From a virus, in IMG/VR virus record IMGVR_UViG_3300044452_000161: a DNA stretch of 64,000 nucleotides. One strand, 5' to 3'. A model generated the notes under the pieces. It searched no databases, was not told where the DNA came from, and was given only the letters and a program-made list of their open reading frames with translations. The stretch's first letter is position 1. Every line of letters starts with the position of its first letter. A program made the translations under genes and the position numbers. Positions 1-9,899 of this stretch are shown piece after piece.

Positions 1-205
1 CACCATGAATGGTTCCTTTAATAGGTTTATCATCCAGTTCCATCCCGTCTGCGCCTGCGTCAACTGCCTCACAATACGTCTTTAGGACATCCAAAAACGA
101 AACGTTGACGTGCTCATGAGGTTCTTCGGTAAGCCTTAAAACGGTCCCGAACTCTCCGCAGTTATGGATAGATTCAACGTCGTTCAGGTTAATGTTTACC
201 TTCAT

Positions 206-520
206 CTAGGTAGTTCCCTCTTCAGATAGAGATCGTTTCTGCCAAATGTTCTGGATGATCGACCTCAAGTGTTCGGGGACTGGTAAGACTGTGACCAAAA
301 CACCGTCTGATTTTGAAAAGGTGAAAATACCTGACGGAGTTACTTTGTAGTAAGCGTTTCGCTCAATCGACATCCTATCCAAGTAGCGTCTTAGTTGCCC
401 TGAACACTCGGTGCTGTCGATGCCGTCAAGTGCCCGCTCCACTTCACGTTCGGCTGCTTTCTTGGGAAGCCCCAGGCGTTCACGAATTCGCTTTACGGCG
501 TGGCGACTAATGGTTGGCAT
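206..520 (-). CDS. hypothetical phage protein (N-terminal SRHAVKRIRER motif)
   Basis: 104 aa ORF in co-oriented leftward run of small genes. Confidence 0.75.
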   Translation of the reverse strand: MPTISRHAVKRIRERLGLPKKAAEREVERALDGIDSTECSGQLRRYLDRMSIERNAYYKVTPSGIFTFSKSDGVLVTVLPVPEHLRSIIQNIWQKRSLSEEGTT

Positions 521-556
521 TGCTTGTAACGGGCTTTTTCCTGAATTTTGCCATCA

Positions 557-814
557 CTAAACTGCCTTCCTTAATATGGTTATAGTTTCCACCGCATCTT
601 CATCATTTTCGGACCAATCGTAAGCACAGACTCCTTCTGCGGCGTCCTTCAAAGGTGTCAAGGTTTGGCCCACAAGAAGGGAATACATGTCCCATAAAGA
701 TGCGTTAAGTGCTGTAGATTCGTCCATTTTTCTTTCAAGAAATCGAAGCCGTTCGTGTTTGTCTTCAATCTCTTGAGCGTGACGCATTACGTCCCTTGCA
801 TTTGGAATTTTCAT
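557..814 (-). CDS. hypothetical protein
   Basis: 85 aa ORF, GGAG RBS upstream, tightly packed. Confidence 0.75.
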   Translation of the reverse strand: MKIPNARDVMRHAQEIEDKHERLRFLERKMDESTALNASLWDMYSLLVGQTLTPLKDAAEGVCAYDWSENDEDAVETITILRKAV

Positions 815-884
815 GATACACTCCTTGTCTTGCTTTAGTTAACGTCTGGGGTACGAGCACACGCTTTGGTATCTGGCGATCCCA

Positions 885-1121
885 TCACAGACTTCCGTAG
901 GCAAACATGACGCCAACGCCACCAATGAAGCCAACCATGATCATTAGAAGGGCTATCGTAATGCCAGTCCCAACGCGCAAATGACGAGCGGATTCCAAAC
1001 CTTCTTCATGCCCTTTGGCGTGCGCTGCATCGTATACAGCAACAACAGCTTCCGCGATCTCGGTGTCGCCTTTGAGTTTCTTGTATAGATCAATCTCTGT
1101 TGTATCAGGTCGGTTATCCAT
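885..1121 (-). CDS. small membrane protein
   Basis: 78 aa, C-terminal hydrophobic helix, GGAGG RBS. Confidence 0.75.
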   Translation of the reverse strand: MDNRPDTTEIDLYKKLKGDTEIAEAVVAVYDAAHAKGHEEGLESARHLRVGTGITIALLMIMVGFIGGVGVMFAYGSL

Positions 1122-1142
1122 TGTTCCCTCCTTTAGTCACGG

Positions 1143-1370
1143 TTATCGAACAATTTTTGGTTCTTCTGGACATTCAATAACGAGACGCGCGCCGCACTTC
1201 AGAATTGGTTTATGGGGGCTGTATGTAAGACGAGACCCGGCTGGAAGTTCCACCTCATGACAGTACGTTCCTTTTCCGCTTTTGCTGCTTGCAATGCGAA
1301 CAGGCGCTGCGTCTTCGCCACGTCGAACGTTCTGAGAAATCGTCTGCTTGTTGATGCTGACATAGTACAT
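1143..1370 (-). CDS. conserved-type phage hypothetical protein
   Basis: 75 aa with HEV..P..YSP.KP..CGAR motif recalled from small phage proteins. Confidence 0.75.
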   Translation of the reverse strand: MYYVSINKQTISQNVRRGEDAAPVRIASSKSGKGTYCHEVELPAGSRLTYSPHKPILKCGARLVIECPEEPKIVR

Positions 1371-1373
1371 AGA

Positions 1374-1610
1374 TCAACTATCTCCCTCAGCGTTGCTGCC
1401 ATTCTTTGCATCGACAAATTCGAGGTCCATGGAGATACCAGTCGCGTAGCTAATCTCACCGATATCTCGCAAAGTTATATCTCGCTTTCCTTGCAACATT
1501 TCCCATTGTTGTTTCGTGGGTTGTTTGTGGGATAAGTAGAACGCGTATGCCAACGAACCACGTACACTAATCTCGAACAAATCTGCACGGTCAGTGTCAT
1601 TGTAAAGCAT
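1374..1610 (-). CDS. hypothetical protein
   Basis: 78 aa ORF abutting neighbours. Confidence 0.65.
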   Translation of the reverse strand: MLYNDTDRADLFEISVRGSLAYAFYLSHKQPTKQQWEMLQGKRDITLRDIGEISYATGISMDLEFVDAKNGSNAEGDS

Positions 1611-1639
1611 ATTGGACCCCTTTCGAGCGTCGTTGGATT

Positions 1640-1840
1640 TCAGATAAGGCCCTTGTCGTATGCCATCACAACGTCCGTGGTTAGTTGGACATATTCACCA
1701 CGCAATGGAGCCGCCTCATCGATTTCGAAGCGCGACTTTGGTATCCAAATATCCGGACCGTCTTCTTCTTCTCTGACGCATACCGCAGCATCTGTTTCGA
1801 ATTGATATTGGACTTGAATATTTACCAAGCTAAGGGCCAT
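1640..1840 (-). CDS. hypothetical protein (IWIPKS motif)
   Basis: start moved to MALSL ATG at 1840 to avoid overlap; 66 aa. Confidence 0.7.
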   Translation of the reverse strand: MALSLVNIQVQYQFETDAAVCVREEEDGPDIWIPKSRFEIDEAAPLRGEYVQLTTDVVMAYDKGLI

Positions 1841-1850
1841 GGATTCTCTC

Positions 1851-2060
1851 CTAGCGTTTGTTGTTTGCGGTTTCTGGGAAATGGGTATCAAGATATTGTC
1901 GTATCTCTGCAGCCGAACGCGCATCTATCTTGGCACTAATCAGTATCGTACCCGATCCGTCGTAGTGTCCTCCGGCGAGACGGTATCCACCATCGTCGTC
2001 ATCGATACTCATCTGCGGCTGGCCCGCACCATTACGTCCGGCTGTCAAATAAAGTCCCAA
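1851..2060 (-). CDS. hypothetical protein
   Basis: 69 aa ORF in operon-like run. Confidence 0.6.
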   Translation of the reverse strand: MGLYLTAGRNGAGQPQMSIDDDDGGYRLAGGHYDGSGTILISAKIDARSAAEIRQYLDTHFPETANNKR

Positions 2061-2071
2061 TTCGTTTCTCC

Positions 2072-2308
2072 CTATTTTGCCAACGTATCGCGTGCGATCT
2101 TTGCGGACACATTATCCGGATCGCGCTCCGCAATCTCTTCCAACGCCTCTCGCATCAGGGTGGCTTTAGCCAACAACGGATCGAACATGATGCACATGGC
2201 GTTGTATTGTTGTTTCTCGTTGAGGCTGTTCCAGAAGGCGTCCGCTTCTGCCATATCTATGACCAGCGTCCCTTCTTCGTTGATGTATGCGCCTTTATTC
2301 GCTTGCAT
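2072..2308 (-). CDS. hypothetical protein
   Basis: 78 aa, GGAGG RBS. Confidence 0.7.
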   Translation of the reverse strand: MQANKGAYINEEGTLVIDMAEADAFWNSLNEKQQYNAMCIMFDPLLAKATLMREALEEIAERDPDNVSAKIARDTLAK

Positions 2309-2311
2309 TGT

Positions 2312-2602
2312 TTATTCCTCCGCTTCGCGCTGAACAGAGGCTTGCCATCCTGTATGTTCAAATTTTGGGGTCACGCTCTGCATCAAGGGTGTTCCGTGAT
2401 CAGGGAAAGAACACAGCCGATAATGAACGCCGCTCTGATAAACACCGAACAAAGTAATTGGCCAATCGTCGTATCCCCCTTCATGTTTCCAAGCATCCAC
2501 TAGAGACCAATTCCCAATGATGTCCGGATAGTGTTCTTCCATTAAATGGTTGAGTTTATCCTGCATCCTGCCAGTCAACTTTGGTTTGCGCATTTCAACC
2601 AT
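2312..2602 (-). CDS. hypothetical protein
   Basis: start moved to MVEMRK ATG at 2602, just downstream of methylase stop. Confidence 0.65.
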   Translation of the reverse strand: MVEMRKPKLTGRMQDKLNHLMEEHYPDIIGNWSLVDAWKHEGGYDDWPITLFGVYQSGVHYRLCSFPDHGTPLMQSVTPKFEHTGWQASVQREAEE

Positions 2603-2607
2603 ATCGG

Positions 2608-3258
2608 TCACGCCGCCAGTGGTGAGGACTCCGCAAAGGACCCCCACTGATCTGCCATTGCTTTCGCGATCCCGGGGAAGAACCGGCTGCGTTCTTTCCA
2701 GCGATCCGCACCGGGGCTGGCCTTGTGGACGCTGTCGCGCGCGGTTGTGCCATCAAGTGTTCCAGTGGGAACAAGATTGGGGAGGCCACGCAGCCACAAA
2801 CATGTCCGCTTCTTTTCGTTGTCTGGTCCTTCAGGATCGTCTCCGAACTGCCACGGCTGGATCGACTGAGAGAATGGCTGGTAGTTACGGATGCGCACCT
2901 TCGCGTGTTTGTGCATCACTGGGTTCTCTACCGCGACCATCGGGATGGATGTGTTCCAGCAATCAGAGAAAAGGGCAGCCCCTGCTTCCAGTTCATCCCA
3001 CATCTCGTCGCGAGTACGACCGGGAGGCGGTTGATGTAACCACCGCACGCCACTGTTACAGAGACGGGTGCATGGTGGATGCATCACGCAGAGTAGGTCC
3101 CATGTCTCCCAATTCATAACGTCTCGGACGTCGCCAACAATATGACGATTGGAAGGACGCTCCGCTGGAAGGATGTCACAACTCCACGCGTCATGTCCTG
3201 CTTCGAGGAACGCGTCCCGCACGACGCCTGATTGTTCACAGCCGATGAGTACTCGCAT
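2608..3258 (-). CDS. DNA cytosine methyltransferase-like protein (phage type)
   Basis: MRVLIGCEQSG (SAM-binding-like), HPPCT (catalytic PC), VENPV motifs. Confidence 0.75.
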   Translation of the reverse strand: MRVLIGCEQSGVVRDAFLEAGHDAWSCDILPAERPSNRHIVGDVRDVMNWETWDLLCVMHPPCTRLCNSGVRWLHQPPPGRTRDEMWDELEAGAALFSDCWNTSIPMVAVENPVMHKHAKVRIRNYQPFSQSIQPWQFGDDPEGPDNEKKRTCLWLRGLPNLVPTGTLDGTTARDSVHKASPGADRWKERSRFFPGIAKAMADQWGSFAESSPLAA

Positions 3259-3269
3259 CGTCCTGCCTC

Positions 3270-3437
3270 TCAGTCCAACATCATTTGCGCGGTGATCATG
3301 ACGGCTTCCTCACGGGTGAACCCGGCGTACTCAAACTCTTTCACCGTTTTGAAATAAAGTTCCGCGATCTCTTTCAGGAGATCACTTTCAGAGACTGCAG
3401 CGATCTCTTCCCGCATCTGCGTAATTTGGTTCAGCAT
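3270..3437 (-). CDS. hypothetical protein
   Basis: GGAGGG RBS before ATG 3437; 55 aa. Confidence 0.65.
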   Translation of the reverse strand: MLNQITQMREEIAAVSESDLLKEIAELYFKTVKEFEYAGFTREEAVMITAQMMLD

Positions 3438-3689
3438 ATCTGTGGCACCCTCCATGAGGTTCGAATCGATGACACAGATATGTCAGAATTAATGACGATA
3501 GGCAAGAAGAAATGACGCCAGACACCGGGCGTTAGGTGGTTACGTTTGTAACTGCTTGTGTGTTTTGTGATCACAAATCTATCGAGAGCGCGCGCAGTTG
3601 GAGAGCGGTAAGATAGTGGATCAGGAGGGGAGGCAAAAATGGGGGAGGAGAGTAGGCTTGTATTAGATCGCCTCTAGGGTGTGCTAAAA

Positions 3690-4630
3690 TAAGTCATTTT
3701 GTGATCAAATGTTACGTTTTGTAATACACCAGCTAAGTCATTGTTTTTATTGGGGTGGGGGTGTAACACCTCTGGAACTTATTGAAATCATTAGATATTT
3801 GATACACCAGCATAAGGCACTGATTTTAAACGATATGTTTGAAAAAGGGTGTAACGCCTCTGGAAGTATCTGAAAACATTAGTTAAAAATTCGGGCAGTG
3901 ATACACCGATTTGAGTTAATTCGAAGAACAAAAGCGGAACTGATCACGAAAACACTGGTGTATCAAAAATCGTTTAGAATCAACGGGTTCTGGAGGTGTT
4001 ACACCCGTTTTAAAGAAAATCGTTTAAAATCAACGTTGTAGGGTGGTGTAACGAAAATTGTTTGAAATCAATGGGTTGTGGAGGTGTTACACCTGATGCA
4101 CCAGGTGAGAGTAAAGAAAAGTATAATGAAATCATATATTTATGGATTTGGTCGGTGTGCGGGTGTATCTGGTGTATCAAATTTGGTCCCCCGGCATATA
4201 GATTCTATTTTATTTACGCGGGACGGGACGCGTCGCAGGCGCTTATTTTGGAGGCGTTAGCGGGTCGTTGCGATAGGAGCGAAGCTCGTAAATAAAATAA
4301 ATTTCATATTTGACTGACGGTAGATAGATACACCTGTTACACCCTTTTTGACTAAGTATTTGAAATCATTGAATTTGTCTCTTGCCGAAAGGTGTATCAC
4401 CTCTGGAAGCCTTTGATTCGAAAGGATTCTTGGTGCATATGGGTAAGTCCTTGTTTTCGAACGTTATTCCGAAAATCTGGTGTATCACCTCTGGAAGCCA
4501 TTGATTCGAAAGGATTTTTGATACACCCGCCTAAGTGATTGTTTTTTCAGGATTTTGTTCCAAAAGGGTGTATCACCTCTGGAAGCCATTGAATTTAAAG
4601 GAGTTTTTCTGGAGGGGTGTTACACCCGGG
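3690..4630. repeat. AT-rich iteron-like array of GGTGTWWCACCTCYRGAA repeats in both orientations (putative origin or packaging-related site)
   Basis: copies at 3760, 3848, 3988(rc), 4077(rc), 4391, 4479, 4567, 4607(rc) plus half sites; no credible ORF. Confidence 0.8.
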
Positions 4631-4818
4631 TTTCGGTCGTGAAAATTGGTCTATGCCCGCGTTAGCGGGGCGGGGATTGGGACTTAGGAGTTAGCGCTTA
4701 GGACTTAGGACTTAGAAGGTGCCCGCGTCAGCGGGTCGTTCCATTCCGTCGGTTTCATTGACATTTGTCATTTTAAATGACACGATTTCTGCAACAGACG
4801 TAATGGTCGAGCAGAACC

Positions 4819-5397
4819 GTGAACTTCCCCCAACGTCCGCAATGGAACGATCCTCAAGTAAAGGATGAGGCCGCAAAAGCGGTGTTCGACGACTTTCGGT
4901 CGTGGGCATTGTCTCGTGGTGTTATTGAGGATGGTGAAGACGACGCACAAGTCCTCGCGGCGCTCTCATTCGCTCTGTACTCCGGCGCGGATGGTTATGG
5001 TGCCGCTCGTGAATTGGAAAGAGCATTTCAATGGCCTTCGGATGGGAAGCTCGTTGATATCCTCTCCATCGCTTATCGCCGAATGGTGTTTATCGTCCCG
5101 CACTTCGTTCGTGAATGGGTCATGGAAAACAATGTTCGGTTTCCGGCGGACAAAGGGGTTCTTATCTGTTTCCGTCGCCACGGCTCACTAGAGGCGAAAG
5201 GAGTGGTGATCGAGATCATCTCTCGCGAGGCTCGAGCCATCGTTAAGGTTGGGAAGAAGGACAAGCCTTCACATATCTCGGTGAACGCGGAGGACGTCGT
5301 TAACCATCTTCAAATTGTTTCTCTGTCCGGTAAGCCTAAACCACCAACTGGTGGATCGCCCGCTAACGCGGGCCATTCGAAAGTTGAAAAGCCATGA
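4819..5397 (+). CDS. hypothetical protein
   Basis: 192 aa; stop overlaps start of resolvase (ATGA). Confidence 0.75.
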   Translation: MNFPQRPQWNDPQVKDEAAKAVFDDFRSWALSRGVIEDGEDDAQVLAALSFALYSGADGYGAARELERAFQWPSDGKLVDILSIAYRRMVFIVPHFVREWVMENNVRFPADKGVLICFRRHGSLEAKGVVIEIISREARAIVKVGKKDKPSHISVNAEDVVNHLQIVSLSGKPKPPTGGSPANAGHSKVEKP

Positions 5398-5912
5398 GCC
5401 ACACGATTATCGGGGTGGACCCTGGCAACAACGGAGCAATCGCGATCCTTGACCCAGACGAAGCGGTCATGCGCATCGTTGATATGCCGACATTCGAGTA
5501 CGAGACCACTAAGAGACGTGTGAAGATCGATCCGTTCGGTATTTCACGCTCGCTAACCGAACAACCGGTTTCGAACCTGTACATTGAAGATGTTAACGCT
5601 TCACCACAGATGGGGGTCGTTTCTGCGTTCTCCTTTGGTGAAGGCAAAGGCATTCTTCTAGGTGCTGCTGCCGCGCTTGGTATCCCGACCACATTGGTCA
5701 AGCCTACGCAGTGGAAGAAGCAGATGCGCGTACCCGCAGATAAGCGGGCAACCGTGCAACGTGCATCTCAATTGTTCCCGGCAATTGCCTCCCAGTTCAA
5801 AGGCCCTCGTGGTGGGGTTTTTGACGGGAGGGCGGAAGCCTGTCTTGTCGCTCTTTACGGAGCCATGGAGGTGGGACGTACACCCACAAAGCCTATTGAG
5901 GCGTGGGTTTAA
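5394..5912 (+). CDS. ruvC: RuvC-like Holliday junction resolvase
   Basis: IIGVDPG, IEDV...MGVVSAFSFG, PTQWKK, DGRAEA motifs. Confidence 0.9.
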   Translation: MSHTIIGVDPGNNGAIAILDPDEAVMRIVDMPTFEYETTKRRVKIDPFGISRSLTEQPVSNLYIEDVNASPQMGVVSAFSFGEGKGILLGAAAALGIPTTLVKPTQWKKQMRVPADKRATVQRASQLFPAIASQFKGPRGGVFDGRAEACLVALYGAMEVGRTPTKPIEAWV

Positions 5913-5942
5913 TCGGCCTTCGAATTTTGAAAGGGAGCCGGG

Positions 5943-6233
5943 ATGAGAAAGTCCTGTCGCGATGTGCATCCGGATGAGCATTTCAATGATTACTATGATG
6001 AAGAAGAAGAGTTTTATGATGACAGTGTAGCGGCGGAGTTTGTTGAAACTGGGCCAGCCTTTGCACCGGTTTGGACAGGGCTATTAGATGCTGAAGGTGA
6101 ACCAATTCTACGCCACCCAATTACAGTTCGGGTTGGCTTTCACCCGGAGCACCGCCGCTACCACACACCTACCCTAGAGACAGACGATATTCCTACATCT
6201 GAGGCTGTCGTTGGTTGGGTATACGAGGCATAA
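5943..6233 (+). CDS. acidic hypothetical protein
   Basis: 96 aa, GGAG RBS. Confidence 0.7.
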   Translation: MRKSCRDVHPDEHFNDYYDEEEEFYDDSVAAEFVETGPAFAPVWTGLLDAEGEPILRHPITVRVGFHPEHRRYHTPTLETDDIPTSEAVVGWVYEA

Positions 6234-6234
6234 C

Positions 6235-6528
6235 ATGGGAAAAAGTAACGACAGTTTCTCTACTGATTTTTCGACATCCTATCCCCAGGTTCTGTTGATT
6301 TGTGAGACGGGTTCTCAGGTCCATATGTTCCGAAGGTTGATGGGAGATCATTGGATGATCCGACAGATGGGTGCCTCCCTATCAGGTCACCGACTGCACG
6401 CGATCTTCCTTTGCGGTAAAGCAGCGGAATTATCCCAGAATTGGGTAGACATACATCTACGTCCGAGACTTGCGTCAGGATGTACTGACAATATCTTTTA
6501 TCTTGATCATGCCTCCTTTGCCAAATGA
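6235..6528 (+). CDS. hypothetical protein
   Basis: ATG at 6235 directly after previous stop. Confidence 0.65.
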   Translation: MGKSNDSFSTDFSTSYPQVLLICETGSQVHMFRRLMGDHWMIRQMGASLSGHRLHAIFLCGKAAELSQNWVDIHLRPRLASGCTDNIFYLDHASFAK

Positions 6529-6754
6529 GAAGCATGAGATTTTTGCCCACGCCATCGCCCGTGGAAATGATCCGCTAACTGCATTCATAGTCTTGGGGCG
6601 AACACCCAACCCAGGTGTTGCGGAAGCGCTCGCCTCTAACCGTGCAATTCAGGAACGCATCCTTGAATTAATCCCGCAGTACGAAGACCAGCTTCCACGA
6701 GGGGTTGCGAAGCAAATAATTGACAGAGTGAAGGCCAAATCATGGCACGTCTAG
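6509..6754 (+). CDS. terminase small subunit-like HTH protein (short paralogue)
   Basis: LPNEKHEIFAHAIARG mirrors N-terminus of next gene. Confidence 0.6.
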   Translation: MPPLPNEKHEIFAHAIARGNDPLTAFIVLGRTPNPGVAEALASNRAIQERILELIPQYEDQLPRGVAKQIIDRVKAKSWHV

Positions 6755-7284
6755 AGAACCCAAAACATGAGGAGTACGCACTTCTGCTGGCCCAAGGGCT
6801 GACGCAGAAGAAAGCTTACGTGCAAGCAGGGTATTCAGACAATCCGCAAGCTGCGTCCAAGCTAGCCCAAGCGCCTAAATTCAAGAAGCGTGTTAAAGAG
6901 CTAAAGCAAGAAATAGCTCAGCAAATTCAAACAGCTATGGCGGAGCCATCTGTTGAAAATTGGGAGAGCCTGTCTGAGATGGGCCTGACCATGGAATGGG
7001 TCGCCCGACAGTATCAAGAAGTGTACAAGCAATCTCTCGACGCTGGAGCCTTTGCTCCTGCCAATACTGCTTTGCAGAATATCCAAAAGCTCATTGAAAT
7101 GGAGAACGACGCTAAGGGGGCTGAGGACACCTCGAAAGACGCATTGATCCCTGTTTCCGCTGTGACTGAGATGCTGACAGATATGCGTGGCGTGTTTGAG
7201 GCAAAGGCTAACGCAGAAGCGTCTATCGAAGTCGGTGAGCAACTTCTCGAAGACATGAAGGACATTACCCCCGATGCTGGATAA
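6742..7284 (+). CDS. terS: terminase small subunit
   Basis: LENPKHEEYALLLAQGLTQKKAYVQAGYS HTH motif; directly upstream of terL. Confidence 0.75.
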   Translation: MARLENPKHEEYALLLAQGLTQKKAYVQAGYSDNPQAASKLAQAPKFKKRVKELKQEIAQQIQTAMAEPSVENWESLSEMGLTMEWVARQYQEVYKQSLDAGAFAPANTALQNIQKLIEMENDAKGAEDTSKDALIPVSAVTEMLTDMRGVFEAKANAEASIEVGEQLLEDMKDITPDAG

Positions 7285-8956
7285 TGGGGGTGTTCTCATA
7301 ACTCAGGATGAGCGGGCACAGTATCGGAAGCTGCTGTCAGAGCTAGAGTTCTACATTGAAAAGATCGATGACCACATCCTGGGTAAGGCTGTGCTTCCCT
7401 CAGAGGTTTTGGCGAGTTTTGAGTCCAGACTTGGCACGTCTGATCCAGCCGCAGCTTTACGTGCGTTTCAATCCATGCGGACGGCTTACGATGAAGAATA
7501 CGATGAAAAGCTACGCTACGCGGCGCAGTTTCGTTTCTCTCCGTTCTGCGAGTACATGCGGCGCGAAGAAGTCCCAGCACAGCACCACGAATTTCTGATC
7601 GATCACCTTGAAGAAATTCATGAGTACGCCGCCACACGGGGCAAAAACGGAATCGAAAGACTGGCCATATCACTTCCGCCAGGATCGGCGAAGACGTCTT
7701 ACAGTTCCCACCGTTTTCCTGCTTGGCATTTAGGCCGTCGCCCCAATGATCGGTGGCTTCAGGGGGCACACACCCAAACATTCGCCAAAGACCGACTAGG
7801 CAAGGTTGTTCGCAACCTGGTCCAAGAGAAACGTTATCTGGATGTGTTCTCTGAGATGTCGCTGTCGATTGGTAGTTCTGCAGCGGATTATTTCGAATTC
7901 ACTGCGGGACACGGGTACTACAAAGCCGTGGGTGTAGGTGTGGGTATCTCTGGATACCGTTCCGATATCAGCGGGATCGACGATCCAATTGCGTCTCGCG
8001 AAGATGCTGAAAGCCCTACAGTAAGAAGAAAATTGAAAGACTGGTACGAGGATGACTTTGGGACGCGACCCATGCCAGGATCGCCTTTGTTCATCGTCGC
8101 AACTCGCTGGCATGAAGATGATTTGATTGGTGCTCAGCTAACCAAAGAGAAAGAGGGTAAGGGCGATAAGTTTGTTGTTGTTAATATCCCTGCGCTCGCT
8201 AACGCGGATGATCCGCTCGGGCGCACTGAGGGAGAAGGTCTCTGGCCTGAAGTCTTCGGGACTGAATTCTACCTAAACAAAAAGCGGTCAATGACCGGAC
8301 GCTCTTGGAACAGCCTTTACCAGGGCAATCCAGTTGACGAAGAGGGAGGCGTCCTAAAGCGGGAAGACGTTCGACGATACCAAAACATGCCTGCCGATGT
8401 CATTGAAAATGGCGAGGTGGTCAAGAAGATCGTCAAGAAGATCAGTTTGTCCGTTGACTGTGCTGAGAAAGCTACCCAGCGATCAGACTACACAGCTTGT
8501 ACAGTTTGGATCGAGACCACCGATAAGAAGCACTATCTGGTGCACGCAGACCGCACGAAGAAAGAGTTCGTCGAAATGGTCGAATGGATAGAGACCATCG
8601 CAAGAACTTGGCAGGTCAATCAGATACTTGTGGAAGACCGAGGGGCAGGTACTCAGTACATTCAGGTGAGAGAAAAAGCACCAGGACCCGCACCGGTTAT
8701 CTCTATTGCTACCCAACAGAAGTCCAAAGAGTTCCGGTTTGATGGTGTCACGCCGATGTTCGCTGCTGGGGAAGTGTTTCTGCCGGATACTGGTACAGAT
8801 TGGATAGCCGATATCGAGGCAGAACTATTCGCATTCCCCAATGGACGGAATGATGACTACGTGGACAGTGTTTCCCAATATTTGGCAAAAGCGCGTGAAC
8901 AATCTGGAAACAGGCGCGGTGTACGTAAGATGCGTAGTTCTACGTACGCTCGTTAG
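7274..8956 (+). CDS. terL: terminase large subunit
   Basis: Walker A PPGSAKT, Walker B GIDDP, ATRWHEDD, C-terminal nuclease DDYVDS. Confidence 0.95.
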   Translation: MLDNGGVLITQDERAQYRKLLSELEFYIEKIDDHILGKAVLPSEVLASFESRLGTSDPAAALRAFQSMRTAYDEEYDEKLRYAAQFRFSPFCEYMRREEVPAQHHEFLIDHLEEIHEYAATRGKNGIERLAISLPPGSAKTSYSSHRFPAWHLGRRPNDRWLQGAHTQTFAKDRLGKVVRNLVQEKRYLDVFSEMSLSIGSSAADYFEFTAGHGYYKAVGVGVGISGYRSDISGIDDPIASREDAESPTVRRKLKDWYEDDFGTRPMPGSPLFIVATRWHEDDLIGAQLTKEKEGKGDKFVVVNIPALANADDPLGRTEGEGLWPEVFGTEFYLNKKRSMTGRSWNSLYQGNPVDEEGGVLKREDVRRYQNMPADVIENGEVVKKIVKKISLSVDCAEKATQRSDYTACTVWIETTDKKHYLVHADRTKKEFVEMVEWIETIARTWQVNQILVEDRGAGTQYIQVREKAPGPAPVISIATQQKSKEFRFDGVTPMFAAGEVFLPDTGTDWIADIEAELFAFPNGRNDDYVDSVSQYLAKAREQSGNRRGVRKMRSSTYAR

Positions 8957-9069
8957 TATTACTTTTGTTTGGGTCCTTCCGCATTGGAAGCTTCGATACT
9001 ATGACCGGAAACAAAGCCAAGAAAACCAAAATCAGAACGAAAAATTCAATCATACTCTTACGCCTTTCT

Positions 9070-9303
9070 TTACGACGACAATCCCGACAGGACTGCTATC
9101 TCTACACGGTCGAGTAAGTTCGCAGGATAACGGGCTTGTTCAAGTTCAAACCATGAAACCTGTTTTCTAATGTGATTGCCACCAGTAGACGCTGAAAGCA
9201 CAAGTCCTGAACTTCCTACATACCATTCAGCAAACACACCGTAGTTTTCTTCCCAGTTTGACACGCGTTCTGCAGACGCTTTGAGGATTGCAATATTTGG
9301 CAC
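9070..9303 (-). CDS. hypothetical protein
   Basis: 77 aa, GTG start with GGAGG RBS. Confidence 0.65.
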   Translation of the reverse strand: MPNIAILKASAERVSNWEENYGVFAEWYVGSSGLVLSASTGGNHIRKQVSWFELEQARYPANLLDRVEIAVLSGLSS

Positions 9304-9317
9304 GATAATAACCCTCC

Positions 9318-9509
9318 CTACCGCACTGCGTTCAGGGCGGCATTGATGCGCGTTATTTGTTCAATGTCGCAGCTACCTTCGCCAAGTATCCTGCTCAACT
9401 GACCATGCATACTATCCGACGTTTCTGTATAGCAGAAGTACTTCAGGAGTCGGGCTAACGCGTCCTCTTCAAGAACTGTCATTTCAAGCGTAATCCGTTT
9501 GTCTGCCAT
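9318..9509 (-). CDS. hypothetical protein
   Basis: 63 aa in leftward run. Confidence 0.7.
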   Translation of the reverse strand: MADKRITLEMTVLEEDALARLLKYFCYTETSDSMHGQLSRILGEGSCDIEQITRINAALNAVR

Positions 9510-9511
9510 AG

Positions 9512-9886
9512 CTAAGCCCCTTTTCGTTCGTACCCAGTATGACGCCCAACAGGGGCCATCGTCTGAGTTTTCATGTCGTTGAAAAACTCTTCGTTGAAGC
9601 GTTTTATTGTGTATGCGTGCCTACCTGCAAAATAGACGGCAGCGGCAGCGCCTTGCATCACCACTACAACGTCGCCTGTAGTCATACTTGCGCCGCCAAT
9701 CCCGCCGAAGCCTAAGGCTGTTGACCCCCATGTTTGCGGGAAAAGGTGAACGTCTATTTCGCCTTCATGTGGTCGGCGTTCGCTTTTCGATCCGTCTCGT
9801 CGCTCGAACTCGATGTCCGGCAAATCGCGATCAATCGCCCTTGTAACTGACATCGCCAATGAAGTGATTGGGTCTCCTGCACGCAT
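9512..9886 (-). CDS. conserved-type phage hypothetical protein
   Basis: 124 aa with FPQTWGSTALGFGG motif. Confidence 0.75.
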   Translation of the reverse strand: MRAGDPITSLAMSVTRAIDRDLPDIEFERRDGSKSERRPHEGEIDVHLFPQTWGSTALGFGGIGGASMTTGDVVVVMQGAAAAVYFAGRHAYTIKRFNEEFFNDMKTQTMAPVGRHTGYERKGA

Positions 9887-9899
9887 GATTTAATACACC

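Noticed and set aside
3760-4630. CRISPR array or lambda-type operators
   Set aside because: Repeats occur in both orientations with irregular, mutually similar spacers and no cas genes; the match to lambda OR1 words (TATCACC, CCTCTGG) lacks the 17-bp operator symmetry
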